Origin: a phage
Length of the DNA: 23,062 nt
Direction: 5' to 3' (one strand)
Assembly (NCBI GenBank): GCA_011967385.1
Contig: GCA_011967385.1_4516.2
Numbering within the stretch: the stretch's first letter is position 1; each line of letters begins with the position of its first letter. A program made the translations under genes and the position numbers. Of this stretch, positions 1 through 8,266 are shown in pieces. The notes below the pieces were generated by a model, which ran no database searches, was not told the DNA's origin, and worked only from the letters and a program-made list of their open reading frames with translations.

Positions 1-141
1 TTCCATATCAATTAATTCATTTATTGAAGGTTCATCATAACATGGTTCTTCGTCGTTGTAAACTGTTTCGACGTCTGGCTCGACAGTCTCCCATCGAGCC
101 GAATACCATGGTCTAACCGCGGAGCTTATTGAGCTCTTCAT
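1..141 (-). CDS. Partial ORF running off the window start (hypothetical protein, acidic)
   Basis: Minus-strand ATG at 141-139, open to position 1 (MKSSISSAVRPWYSARWETVEPDVETVYNDEEPCYDEPSINELIDME...). Overlaps the 3' end of the next gene by 29 nt in another frame, so the start is uncertain. Confidence 0.25.
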   Translation of the reverse strand, partial: MKSSISSAVRPWYSARWETVEPDVETVYNDEEPCYDEPSINELIDME

Positions 142-283
142 AATCAACCCAAGATTCTAGCCCAGATGGCAAAGCTGATTCAATTTCCCAAAGAAGCTCT
201 TCAATTTTCTGAAGACGATCTAATTCTTCAACAGGAATAGTAACCATTGATGGAGCTCTTGCTGCACTAATATCGTATATCAT
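113..283 (-). CDS. Small hypothetical protein (56 aa from the ATG at 283)
   Basis: The ORF-track start at 322 is GTG and overlaps the upstream gene; the ATG at 283-281 lies 2 nt after the upstream stop (286). Weak SD (GGGG). No recognisable motif. Confidence 0.4.
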   Translation of the reverse strand: MIYDISAARAPSMVTIPVEELDRLQKIEELLWEIESALPSGLESWVDYEELNKLRG

Positions 284-285
284 AT

Positions 286-501
286 TTACCCCAGTTTGAC
301 CATACAATCGCCGTATTTCCACTTAGAAATAGACTTTTCGCCATTAGAATAATAAACTTCTAGTTTAGCACGATTATTTTTAATTTGAATAATCTTTGCT
401 GTCATCAAAGTTCCATACCCATAATAAACTGCAACTTCGTCACCTACATATACTGCGTTTCCACGGTAGTCATGGATATAATCAGTTCCTTCAAGCATCA
501 T
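286..501 (-). CDS. Hypothetical protein, 71 aa
   Basis: ATG at 501-499 overlaps the nrdC stop TGA (500-498) in an ATGA arrangement. No recognisable motif. Confidence 0.55.
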   Translation of the reverse strand: MMLEGTDYIHDYRGNAVYVGDEVAVYYGYGTLMTAKIIQIKNNRAKLEVYYSNGEKSISKWKYGDCMVKLG

Positions 502-761
502 TTAAAATATTCTCGCAGTTGGTCAAATCCACCAATGTGACTTCCGTCAGGAGCAAATACTTGAGGCATAGTCAATCCAACTTGTGATTCACGTCCAAGC
601 TTAACCAAAAGCTCAGTAATTTTCTCATCGTCGAACACACCTTTTTCCGGCATAACATTAATGAATTCGAACGGCTGTTTCTTAACAGTCAACAATCGTT
701 TCGCATTATCACAATAAATGCATTTATGAATAGTAGAGTCATACCCGTACACTTTAAACAT
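498..761 (-). CDS. nrdC: Phage thioredoxin/glutaredoxin NrdC (87 aa)
   Basis: MFKVYGYDSTIHKCIYCDNAKRLLTVKKQPFEFINVMPEKGVFDDEKITELLVKLGRESQVGLTMPQVFAPDGSHIGGFDQLREYFK is near-identical to T4 NrdC as I recall it, with a CxxC active site (CIYC). The track start at 779 is TTG; the real ATG at 761-759 is preceded by AAGGA. Confidence 0.9.
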   Translation of the reverse strand: MFKVYGYDSTIHKCIYCDNAKRLLTVKKQPFEFINVMPEKGVFDDEKITELLVKLGRESQVGLTMPQVFAPDGSHIGGFDQLREYFK

Positions 762-1167
762 TATTTTTCCTTTCGTCAATTAAGCAATTAACACCCAATA
801 CAATACATGTAATAAAACCTGTGATACAGATAGAAACCAACAACACTGTACCAAAGAACCAAATCAGGTTATCTTTACTATTTTGTTGAATATCCATCTC
901 GCGAATTTCTATAGCTATCGTATCACCTTTATTCAGAAGCGTATAAAACGATGGTGATACATGCCTGTCAAAAACTCGTCCTTGCTCATCTTTATAGACT
1001 GCAATAAATTCTAATTTAGAATATTTTCCTGTAGATTGGCCTGAGATTAATTCCACTACCTCCACAGGAATTACTTTAGTTTCCATATAAGTATTCTGGC
1101 TGTTCCAAATGAATGGAATAATGGCAAAAACTAAAGCTGCAATAAAACAACGAAGACTATATCTCAT
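754..1167 (-). CDS. Predicted membrane protein (N- and C-terminal hydrophobic segments), nrdC.1 position
   Basis: ATG at 1167-1165 in a TAATG overlap with the upstream stop. Hydrophobic N-terminus (FIAALVFAIIPFIW) and C-terminal TM (LIWFFGTVLLVSICITGFITCIVLG). Confidence 0.65.
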   Translation of the reverse strand: MRYSLRCFIAALVFAIIPFIWNSQNTYMETKVIPVEVVELISGQSTGKYSKLEFIAVYKDEQGRVFDRHVSPSFYTLLNKGDTIAIEIREMDIQQNSKDNLIWFFGTVLLVSICITGFITCIVLGVNCLIDERKNNV

Positions 1168-1472
1168 TATAATGTTCTCTCAAATTTGTGGAAGCATTTA
1201 CGGCATTTCAATTTCAGGTTATCAGTGGTCCAGTTAACCAATTGAACCTGAATAGTTCCACATTCCGGACACGGATGTTTTGCTGCCGATTTGGCAGCAT
1301 TTTCACGTCGTTCAACCATTTTCATTATTTCGTTCCATGCCGGAGGAACGAACTCTTCTTTACCATGAATTTTATCTCGCTGAACAAATTCAATCTTTGA
1401 ACTATCGTCAATAAACTTAACTAAGCTGTGATTAGTGTTCATATCAATATCCTCTAAAAGACGTAGTTTCAT
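1167..1472 (-). CDS. Zinc-ribbon protein (CPEC...CRKC), function unknown
   Basis: TAATG overlap at both ends. C-terminal four-Cys ribbon: HPCPECGTIQVQLVNWTTDNLKLKCRKCFHKF. Confidence 0.65.
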   Translation of the reverse strand: MKLRLLEDIDMNTNHSLVKFIDDSSKIEFVQRDKIHGKEEFVPPAWNEIMKMVERRENAAKSAAKHPCPECGTIQVQLVNWTTDNLKLKCRKCFHKFERTL

Positions 1473-2422
1473 TATAACACCTCAATGGCATTTCGTAAAC
1501 CATCCGCTTTCGCATTCAGAGCTTTTAACGATTTAGTTTGTTCTTTAATCTGGGCTTCGACTTCTTTCAGACGAGATTTGAGATATTCGCGTTCTTCTCT
1601 TAAGTTATCAACTTTTTCTGCTTTAGGCTCTTTAATAGGCTTAGGTTTATATGTATTAGGGTTCTTCAACTTAATTTGAATGCGAGAACTGAATAACATC
1701 GAACCGTTATCTTCGGTTTCACTGTGCATTTCTACCACGTCCATGATTCTTAACATCATGCGAAGTTTATAAGACAGCGAACGAACGGTTTTATTGTGCT
1801 TCTTAATTTCTTCAGCTTTCATGGTACCGAGATTACGTGAGTAGTAATAAGGAACCTGGATATCAATTGACAATGATGCGTTACCATTACCAGTTGGTTT
1901 GAATACTGCAGTAACCCAATCTTTAACATGAACTTTATTTGTACGATCATCGCCGCCTGTGAATAATTTACATGAATGTTTAAAAAGCATATTCACTTGG
2001 TTATTGAATTCACAAGCAAATTTATCAGCAAATTTAGTTTCAGGAATGGTAGAGAACCAATCAGCCAAATGAGTCTTTTTAACATCGTTAATAATAGTAA
2101 ATTCAACCAAATCAGTTTTAGATGTCACAGATTTAATAAAGCTCGGCTTCATAAAGTTTTTAATGTTATCGCGAGCTACAGTAGAAGATAATAAACGAGA
2201 ACGTTTGAACCATTGAAGCAGTGTCCCTAATGAATGAGAATACGCATTCTGAGTATCTTTACAGATATGGTTTTCTTGGCCTGTGTATGTACCAAAATCG
2301 CGAAGAATACCACTTACTACATCTCGGTGTGGAACATCAAATCCTAGTGCACCAACGGCGCGCTGGGCATGAACGTTAGCGATAAGACCGGCAAAGTATT
2401 CAATGTAATGTGAACGTGTCAT
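1472..2422 (-). CDS. Hypothetical protein, 316 aa, with C-terminal Lys/Glu-rich coiled-coil tail
   Basis: ATG at 2422, SD GAGAGG, own promoter at 2451-2480. The C-terminus (KPKPIKEPKAEKVDNLREEREYLKSRLKEVEAQIKEQTKSLKALNAKADGLRNAIEVL) looks coiled-coil. Confidence 0.7.
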   Translation of the reverse strand: MTRSHYIEYFAGLIANVHAQRAVGALGFDVPHRDVVSGILRDFGTYTGQENHICKDTQNAYSHSLGTLLQWFKRSRLLSSTVARDNIKNFMKPSFIKSVTSKTDLVEFTIINDVKKTHLADWFSTIPETKFADKFACEFNNQVNMLFKHSCKLFTGGDDRTNKVHVKDWVTAVFKPTGNGNASLSIDIQVPYYYSRNLGTMKAEEIKKHNKTVRSLSYKLRMMLRIMDVVEMHSETEDNGSMLFSSRIQIKLKNPNTYKPKPIKEPKAEKVDNLREEREYLKSRLKEVEAQIKEQTKSLKALNAKADGLRNAIEVL

Positions 2423-2450
2423 AATATTTTCCTCTCGTTAAGATAGATTC

Positions 2451-2480
2451 ATTATACTCCAACCATCCTTGGTTGTAAAC
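2451..2480 (-). promoter_or_regulatory. Sigma70-type early promoter (GTTTAC-N18-TATAAT)
   Basis: Minus strand: -35 GTTTAC (2480-2475), -10 TATAAT (2456-2451), upstream of the ATG at 2422. Confidence 0.55.
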
Positions 2481-2484
2481 TGAT

Positions 2485-3441
2485 TTATGATTTTAATGCA
2501 TTCATTGCGTTAAAAAGTTTAGAGTACTGCAACTGGAGATTGGTCACCACCTGTTGAGCATCACGAAGCTTAGCTTGTGCCTTGTCAAGTTCAACGGATA
2601 GTTGGTCTACAGTAGCCTTGATTTGATTGTAATGATAATCTTCAGCCGGAAGAAGGTCATTAGAAACATTTAGTTTTACTGCCGACAGTTTGCACACATT
2701 TGGCAAACCTTTAAACATACCAGATTGTGCTGGAGAATATGCGTCTAGAACCTCTGCATTACCGACTGGTGTTGCTGTAATATTACCTTCAAACAATGCA
2801 TTTTCCTTTTTAAGATTTTGATAGTATTCAGAGTCTTTGTGCCACCATGGTGCAGGAACCTTTTTACCAATAGATACACGAGCCTGGATAGCGATATGGC
2901 CCTTATTCTTGATAGGGTTGATAATATTAAGCTCACGAGAATAAATTGCTTTAATCTGGTGGATATTATCACCTAACACTTCCAACGCTTGGTGGAATAC
3001 ACGAGCAACGTTATCATTCTTAGGTTTATACGTAAGAGTGAACTCATTCTCACTGATAACCATGATTTCTAACTTATCGTGAGTATATTTCAAATGTTTC
3101 ATGTTAATTGCTTGAGGACGAATACGAGAAGCAATGGCCATCAGATTGTTAAGGTTATTCCGGAACTGCTTAGCGAAATATTGTCCTTCACCACCAATAC
3201 AAAAATTACGAAGTTTCTGTTTGGCCAGTAAACGACTGAACTCACCGTTTTTAATGAACTCTTTAACGGGAGTGTTAGTAACACATTCAAATTGAGTAAA
3301 CTTACGAGAAGTAATCCCATAATACGAACAGATTTCCTCAATCTCTTCAGGAGTCTTTACAGGCATACGGATAGGATTAGGTCCTGGAGTATATGCGTTC
3401 GAGGTAAATTCTTTGATAAGTTCTCTACGTGTAATAGCCAT
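2485..3441 (-). CDS. Hypothetical protein, 318 aa, with C-terminal coiled-coil
   Basis: ATG at 3441. The promoter/leader 3467-3497 duplicates the one upstream of the previous gene. C-terminus is Q/L-rich helical (LDKAQAKLRDAQQVVTNLQLQYSKLFNAMNALKS). Confidence 0.7.
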   Translation of the reverse strand: MAITRRELIKEFTSNAYTPGPNPIRMPVKTPEEIEEICSYYGITSRKFTQFECVTNTPVKEFIKNGEFSRLLAKQKLRNFCIGGEGQYFAKQFRNNLNNLMAIASRIRPQAINMKHLKYTHDKLEIMVISENEFTLTYKPKNDNVARVFHQALEVLGDNIHQIKAIYSRELNIINPIKNKGHIAIQARVSIGKKVPAPWWHKDSEYYQNLKKENALFEGNITATPVGNAEVLDAYSPAQSGMFKGLPNVCKLSAVKLNVSNDLLPAEDYHYNQIKATVDQLSVELDKAQAKLRDAQQVVTNLQLQYSKLFNAMNALKS

Positions 3442-3467
3442 TTTATATTCCTCATGTTGAAAAATTT

Positions 3468-3497
3468 ATTATACTCCAACCATCCTTGGTTGTACAT
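3468..3497 (-). promoter_or_regulatory. Early promoter-like element with degenerate -35 (ATGTAC-N18-TATAAT)
   Basis: About 27 nt (TTATACTCCAACCATCCTTGGTTGTA) identical to the 2451-2480 promoter/leader. Confidence 0.4.
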
Positions 3498-4492
3498 CAT
3501 TCCTTAAGAAGTTTTACTACCTGAATAAGATTAGCTCGTTCTGTTTTATTTTTACCGTTCAATCCGGCCAATCGCGAGATTTCATCGTCAGTTTGTTGAA
3601 TAGTTACATTAAGTTCATTAATCAAAGCTTCAAAGTATTTGATTTGCTCAGCATGTTTTGATTCAAATTTCTGAACCGGAATAACGTCTTGGTTCAGTTC
3701 ATCAATAAGGTCTTTAAGAGCATCTTCTTGGTTGATATCATATTCAACTTCTTTTATTTCTTCAACGAGCTCGTCTTTATATCTAACGTCTTTTAGTCCT
3801 GGTGCTGGTCCTGAAATCTCTTCTTTAAGAGTACAAACATATCCAATACGGTATCCAATGCCGTCTCGCTTGATATCAACTTCGTCGATAAATCCGCAAT
3901 GTTTAAGTCCAGAGCCGATTATGTCAAAATATCCTTGACGTCGTCCTTCAAACGTTACACGAACTACTAAGACAGTTTTGCCACCAACCTTTTGAAGCTC
4001 GCATTTATAAAAGTCTGTTGAACCTGAATAACGTGGATGAGTTTTAAAGTTCATCTGACGATCTAGGCCCATTTGTAAACGTGCTGTTACGGCCATAAAA
4101 CGTGTTTGGTTCTCGTTAAGATGAGCAACAATCCATTTCAAAGGCATTTTACACTGTTCACGACCGAACAAGTCAGTACGTCCTAGATTACGCAGGATGT
4201 TGTTAGAGTTAATCATCGACAGAACGTTAAGTTTATTCAGCGCGCTGAAGATTCCATCAGCCATTGATTTTCCATAACCTTTACACGCTTTAATAAGTGC
4301 TCGCGGCAGATTAGTATAGATTTCAGACGGCATATGAAAATCAAATTTACTAGTCAGTAATTGATGAACTTGGATAGCAATTTGCTCATAATTAAGTGCT
4401 CTGCGATCGTTATGGTCTTTAAACCACACTTTAATCTGTGAAGCACATAAACCGTTAATTTCATGTTTTACCGCATCAGATGTAATGCTCAT
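3497..4492 (-). CDS. Hypothetical protein, 331 aa, with C-terminal acidic coiled-coil
   Basis: ATG at 4492, SD GAGGAAA. Third of three consecutive ~320 aa proteins that share a coiled-coil tail. Confidence 0.7.
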   Translation of the reverse strand: MSITSDAVKHEINGLCASQIKVWFKDHNDRRALNYEQIAIQVHQLLTSKFDFHMPSEIYTNLPRALIKACKGYGKSMADGIFSALNKLNVLSMINSNNILRNLGRTDLFGREQCKMPLKWIVAHLNENQTRFMAVTARLQMGLDRQMNFKTHPRYSGSTDFYKCELQKVGGKTVLVVRVTFEGRRQGYFDIIGSGLKHCGFIDEVDIKRDGIGYRIGYVCTLKEEISGPAPGLKDVRYKDELVEEIKEVEYDINQEDALKDLIDELNQDVIPVQKFESKHAEQIKYFEALINELNVTIQQTDDEISRLAGLNGKNKTERANLIQVVKLLKE

Positions 4493-4527
4493 AACTATTT
4501 CCTCAGATTGAATTGGAACTCAAAACC

Positions 4528-4552
4528 ATTATAACCCGTCCTTGGGTAAAGC
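4528..4552 (-). promoter_or_regulatory. Possible MotA-dependent middle promoter (aCGCTTTA box, 13 nt, TATAAT)
   Basis: Minus strand aaaCGCTTTAcccaaggacgggtTATAATgg. No -35 hexamer at sigma70 spacing, but a MotA-box-like GCTTTA sits about 13 nt upstream of -10. Confidence 0.35.
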
Positions 4553-4554
4553 GT

Positions 4555-5082
4555 TTATGCGTGAACCGTCTTTAAACGTTCTTCAAATTTCCGAAGAGTA
4601 CTAATACGTTCTGCTTTCTGTTTTGTGTAGTTTGCAATACGTTCTGAAGTGAGAGCGTATCGTTCGTTTACTGTTTCTTTCATGAAGTCAGGGATTTCAC
4701 GAGAAGCTTTAATTTCATCAAACTTATCGAGTACTGCCTGGTCTTCAGCAATTAAATTTTCGTACATCTCGATATCTTTCTTGATGAAGTCGATATCTTC
4801 CTGGGTTACTTTGGATAAACGAGATGCTTTATCCTTTTTGTACTGCTCGTTAGTTTCACGAGACCAGAATAATGTACGTTTTTTGTTAGTGTTTTTGTAG
4901 ACTTCCACAATTCCAACTGAATCGATGATAACAATCCAATTCCAGCGAGATTTGAAAATCTGACCTCCGTCCACGGTAATCTCGTTACCATAAGCAACGT
5001 CATTAAAGAACTTGCTTTGTGCTTCAGATTTAAATTTACCGTCGTTATAATTTACCAGGTTGAAAATATCTTTAGCGTTCAT
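4555..5082 (-). CDS. Hypothetical protein, 175 aa
   Basis: ATG at 5082 preceded by GGAGG; early promoter at 5110-5138. Confidence 0.65.
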   Translation of the reverse strand: MNAKDIFNLVNYNDGKFKSEAQSKFFNDVAYGNEITVDGGQIFKSRWNWIVIIDSVGIVEVYKNTNKKRTLFWSRETNEQYKKDKASRLSKVTQEDIDFIKKDIEMYENLIAEDQAVLDKFDEIKASREIPDFMKETVNERYALTSERIANYTKQKAERISTLRKFEERLKTVHA

Positions 5083-5109
5083 GTTTTACCTCCAGTAGTT
5101 GATAGGTCT

Positions 5110-5138
5110 ATAATAACATAACCATAGACCTTGTAAAC
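5110..5138 (-). promoter_or_regulatory. Sigma70-type early promoter (GTTTAC-N17-TATTAT)
   Basis: Upstream of the ATG at 5082. The spacer contains an 8-bp perfect inverted repeat AGGTCTAT/ATAGACCT (5104-5131). Confidence 0.5.
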
Positions 5139-5140
5139 AA

Positions 5141-5416
5141 CTAAAAGAAACTTTTTTCGGTATTTTTTCCACTGAACCAAACAGACTTCGGGATTTTTTG
5201 TAATTTTTCAGATTTAAGTTTCTCTTCCTGTTCTTTCTTATACGCATCCTTGTCGTACTGGAGCATCTCTATGGCATTCTTTTGCAAATGATCTAAGGTA
5301 ATTAAGGCTTTAGTTTTTCCTTTCAAGGAAGAGTCCTGGCGAACCTCCTCGCTATATTGTTCTGTTGCACTAATCATACGATGGGCATATAATTCACGAC
5401 TGGCTTGGATATTCAT
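5141..5416 (-). CDS. Hypothetical protein, 91 aa
   Basis: ATG at 5416 with SD GAGGA inside the 3' end of the upstream ATPase gene. Confidence 0.55.
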   Translation of the reverse strand: MNIQASRELYAHRMISATEQYSEEVRQDSSLKGKTKALITLDHLQKNAIEMLQYDKDAYKKEQEEKLKSEKLQKIPKSVWFSGKNTEKSFF

Positions 5417-5423
5417 AATTTCC

Positions 5424-6404
5424 TCATTTCAGTAAAGTTACTTCGGAGATTTCCTCCCAACCATCTTTATCAGTTGAAATAAAATCTGCTACATAAAGAG
5501 CCGTACGTAATGATACATTGCGAAGACGAGATATGTTAGCCTTCATCCAGGACAATGCTTTGTACGTTTCTGCATCCGTCAGGCCACGTTTCTGCATCAT
5601 GTCAGTAGATAATATTACATCTTCAACTCGGACCATAATCTCTTCATTAGAGTGTACTCCAAGGTCCAAATACACTGAACGAGATACTAAAGCTTGAAGG
5701 TGTGGAGCAAGTTTCGAACCGCGTTCTAACTCTTTATCGATATCAACGTTTGTAATGAAAACGATAGTACCTTCAAACTCAAATTCTTTATCGATACCCT
5801 TATCATCAAGATAAGATGATGCAGTGCTCCAGCAAACTTTGCGTTTATCGCCAGTATCTAATGCGGCTTTAAGAAGGTTCAAGATGTCCATATCTGAGAA
5901 TACATCAACGTCATCGATTAAGAGAACGCTGTCTGCATCACGGTTGAGCCAAAGTTGTTCGTAAAGGCCAATACCAGAGATTTTGCCATTAATGCTTTTG
6001 TATTTGATGAAACCATTATCATTAGCATTATTAAGCGCTTTATCCAGAGAATACGTCTTACCAATACCTGCTGCACCTGAAATAATGAGTGAACGAATTT
6101 TGCCATCGATAATGCCATTCGTCATCATGTTCATTACTTTAAAGCGTTTGTTGATACGAGTTTTCATATCTTCAGCGTTTTCAACAACTGCAACTGGTGA
6201 TGTCTCAACTCCTTCCATTACGATGTCTGATTTGAAGACCCATACTCCACGTTCAGAACCATCAATCATAACGAAAATTTTACCGTCACCTAAGTGGGAA
6301 CATTCAGGATTAAGCTTTGCCGGGAACCATGTCTTTGTGGCAACATAAGAACCAGAGATTTCGTTATTACGATAGATACCTTTTTTGATTTGAACGTTGA
6401 ACAT
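5424..6404 (-). CDS. P-loop NTPase, AAA+-like, with a ~110 aa N-terminal extra domain
   Basis: Walker A LIISGAAGIGKTYS, Walker B VLLIDDVD, sensor-1-like IVFITN. The track start at 6416 is TTG; the ATG at 6404 has SD GGAG. Early promoter at 6444-6472. Confidence 0.75.
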   Translation of the reverse strand: MFNVQIKKGIYRNNEISGSYVATKTWFPAKLNPECSHLGDGKIFVMIDGSERGVWVFKSDIVMEGVETSPVAVVENAEDMKTRINKRFKVMNMMTNGIIDGKIRSLIISGAAGIGKTYSLDKALNNANDNGFIKYKSINGKISGIGLYEQLWLNRDADSVLLIDDVDVFSDMDILNLLKAALDTGDKRKVCWSTASSYLDDKGIDKEFEFEGTIVFITNVDIDKELERGSKLAPHLQALVSRSVYLDLGVHSNEEIMVRVEDVILSTDMMQKRGLTDAETYKALSWMKANISRLRNVSLRTALYVADFISTDKDGWEEISEVTLLK

Positions 6405-6443
6405 TTTATTCTCCAAATTTACTCATTTCGTTTCGATAGGTCT

Positions 6444-6472
6444 ATAATAACATGTTTAAAGCAAAAGTAAAC
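6444..6472 (-). promoter_or_regulatory. Sigma70-type early promoter (GTTTAC-N17-TATTAT)
   Basis: Upstream of the ATPase gene start at 6404. Confidence 0.5.
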
Positions 6473-6474
6473 AA

Positions 6475-6693
6475 TTATTTGCGACGAGATTTTTTGGTAA
6501 GAGGTTGAAAGAACATTGCTTTACCAGCAGGAGTCAAAGTGACTCGTAATGCGTTACCGATTCCTAAGGATGCTTTAACTAGACCTTTAGCTTTCAGTTC
6601 ACCGAATGCTTGACGTTGGTCTGCATCACGAGTGTTAACCATAAGACCTTTATCACCAGCTTCACGAATCATTTCTAACATTTTGGTTTTCAT
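6475..6693 (-). CDS. Small basic protein (72 aa), possible winged-helix DNA/RNA binder
   Basis: The track start at 6750 is GTG and lies in the promoter -35; the ATG at 6693 has a strong SD AGAGGAGAA. MKTKMLEMIREAGDKGLMVNTRDADQRQAFGELKAKGLVKASLGIGNALRVTLTPAGKAMFFQPLTKKSRRK. Confidence 0.55.
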   Translation of the reverse strand: MKTKMLEMIREAGDKGLMVNTRDADQRQAFGELKAKGLVKASLGIGNALRVTLTPAGKAMFFQPLTKKSRRK

Positions 6694-6721
6694 TTTGTTC
6701 TCCTCTTGTTTTGATAGGTCT

Positions 6722-6750
6722 ATAATAACATATCCTAAAAGCATGTACAC
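6722..6750 (-). promoter_or_regulatory. Early promoter-like element (GTGTAC-N17-TATTAT)
   Basis: Upstream of the ATG at 6693. Confidence 0.4.
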
Positions 6751-6777
6751 TACTTTTTAAAAATATTTTGACCCCCT

Positions 6778-6797
6778 AAAGGGCCCGAAGGCCCTTA
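6778..6797. terminator. Stable GC hairpin (C(UUCG)G tetraloop in the minus-strand RNA) right after the NTase stop: terminator or RNA-stability element
   Basis: AAGGGCC-cgaa-GGCCCTT on the plus strand. The minus RNA forms a GGGCC stem with a UUCG loop, followed by UUUAGGGGG rather than a clean U-run. Confidence 0.45.
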
Positions 6798-7787
6798 TCA
6801 TTTATAGTATGAATTGTGGTTTTCTAAGTAGACTTGCTCAAGGAAGTCATCCCAGAAACTCATATCTACTTTTTGCTGCATACCATTCTTAGCGGCTTGT
6901 TCTGCGGCATGTTCAACTTGGTCGACGATATCTTCTAGGAATTCCTGTACGGTTTTAAACGTATGTTTACCAAGCTTAACATCGAGAATAAATGGAGCAT
7001 CCTGAAGCGGGTAAACCAGGTCGCCGGTTTTGTAAATTTCTAAGAGCTGAAGTCCACCACGGCATGCGTGACTCAATGCTTTCCAATCAATACCTTCATT
7101 GGCTTCTGCCTTACGAGCACGTTCACCATAGTTCTCTTCCAGTTTAACCAGGATGGCATTGAACTCTTTGTTAGTTAACGTATCTTGGAATTTACGGTCT
7201 AACAGACTATAGAATGTTTGCTTACCTGTTTTCTCGTTTTCAGTTTCAACCCATGAAGCAAATTCACCTACAGGCAGAACATTCTTCATATGTGATAAAC
7301 GAATTACTGCACCGTTATCAAAGTATTGTCCCCATTCATTAGAACGTTTAAGGGCTTGGCGAAGAACAGCCAGACGAGAACCCTTGACGCCATATTTAGA
7401 AGCTTGCTTACGGACATACCCTAAATAAGATTTCATGTTAGTGGTATAGAAACGAGACCTGTTGTCTTGAATATACTTCCATACATCAGGCAAATCAGAT
7501 TTAACTACTAGACCTGGTGGAGTGTGAAGCATATCTAATGCGACAGTTTCACCATCTGCAGCTAGTTTAAAGAAATATTTGAGACTATACAACTCATGGT
7601 CCACGTCGTCTTTTGTGTTCTTAGAAGATGTGTTATTCGTGTTCTTGCTCATGTGTTCTTTAACGTTACCGGTCAAAATATCACGAGCATGAGGGACATA
7701 AATTTCTTTAAAATCGACGTCAGATTCAGGAGTAGACGTTCCATAAAGGTGGCTACCAAAGTAGCCTTTCATAATTGTTTTCATCAT
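6798..7787 (-). CDS. Pol-beta-superfamily nucleotidyltransferase-like protein (GS...DVD motif) with helical C-terminal domain
   Basis: N-terminal GSHLYGTSTPESDVDF fits the NTase signature hG[GS]-x9-13-Dh[DE]h, with a possible third acidic residue in VALDMLH. ATG at 7787 overlaps the upstream stop (ATGA). Followed by a hairpin at 6778-6797. Confidence 0.75.
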   Translation of the reverse strand: MMKTIMKGYFGSHLYGTSTPESDVDFKEIYVPHARDILTGNVKEHMSKNTNNTSSKNTKDDVDHELYSLKYFFKLAADGETVALDMLHTPPGLVVKSDLPDVWKYIQDNRSRFYTTNMKSYLGYVRKQASKYGVKGSRLAVLRQALKRSNEWGQYFDNGAVIRLSHMKNVLPVGEFASWVETENEKTGKQTFYSLLDRKFQDTLTNKEFNAILVKLEENYGERARKAEANEGIDWKALSHACRGGLQLLEIYKTGDLVYPLQDAPFILDVKLGKHTFKTVQEFLEDIVDQVEHAAEQAAKNGMQQKVDMSFWDDFLEQVYLENHNSYYK

Positions 7788-8257
7788 TTAGCCTTATATT
7801 CAAGAGTAGGACAGACTTTTTCTTTACGAGCTTTAAGGTATTCACCTATTAATGATTTCTTACGTTCAATAGGCTCAAGTCCATTTTTAATTCGTTCTTG
7901 GTTTTGTGCAATGAGCTCAATTTCTTTATAATATTTTCTGTCGTTATATTTGTCTAACAACCAAGACGGACCAATTATCAACCCAACAGAAATAAGAGCC
8001 ATGACTGCTACCATTAAAATGCCTACACCAATTGAGGCCGGAACTAATGTCCATAGACTGCTAAAAACAAAGAATTTAGTTAAAATTTCCTGACCAATGA
8101 TTATGACTGCTGCTAAAATCGCAAATCCAATAATCGAAACAGCCAATACCGGGAGAAATGTTTTCCAAAAATAAGCACACAACGTTTTCGGGCGATTCCA
8201 TGTACTATTGAATGCGGCATAAATTTTATAGTGCCAAGAGTTTTCATTGATAATCAT
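7784..8257 (-). CDS. Integral membrane protein (2-3 TM) with basic C-terminal tail
   Basis: TM segments LPVLAVSIIGFAILAAVIIIG and VGILMVAVMALISVGLIIG. ATG at 8257, SD AAGGA. Translationally coupled to the NTase gene. Confidence 0.65.
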   Translation of the reverse strand: MIINENSWHYKIYAAFNSTWNRPKTLCAYFWKTFLPVLAVSIIGFAILAAVIIIGQEILTKFFVFSSLWTLVPASIGVGILMVAVMALISVGLIIGPSWLLDKYNDRKYYKEIELIAQNQERIKNGLEPIERKKSLIGEYLKARKEKVCPTLEYKAK

Positions 8258-8266
8258 AATAATTCC

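Noticed and set aside
396-587. Plus-strand ORFs throughout the window (for example 396-587, 1188-1400, 5983-6348, 7596-7931, 8342-8758, 17609-17953, 18109-18450, 22310-22708)
   Set aside because: All lie antisense to minus-strand genes that have Shine-Dalgarno sites, coupled stop-start overlaps and promoters. They are low-complexity, lack RBS, and are typical shadow ORFs of AT-rich DNA.
6798-7787. Calling the nucleotidyltransferase a bona fide CD-NTase (CBASS cyclase)
   Set aside because: The GS...DxD motif is only 11 residues from the N-terminus and no spine helix precedes it, fitting minimal NTases at least as well. Family assignment is left open.
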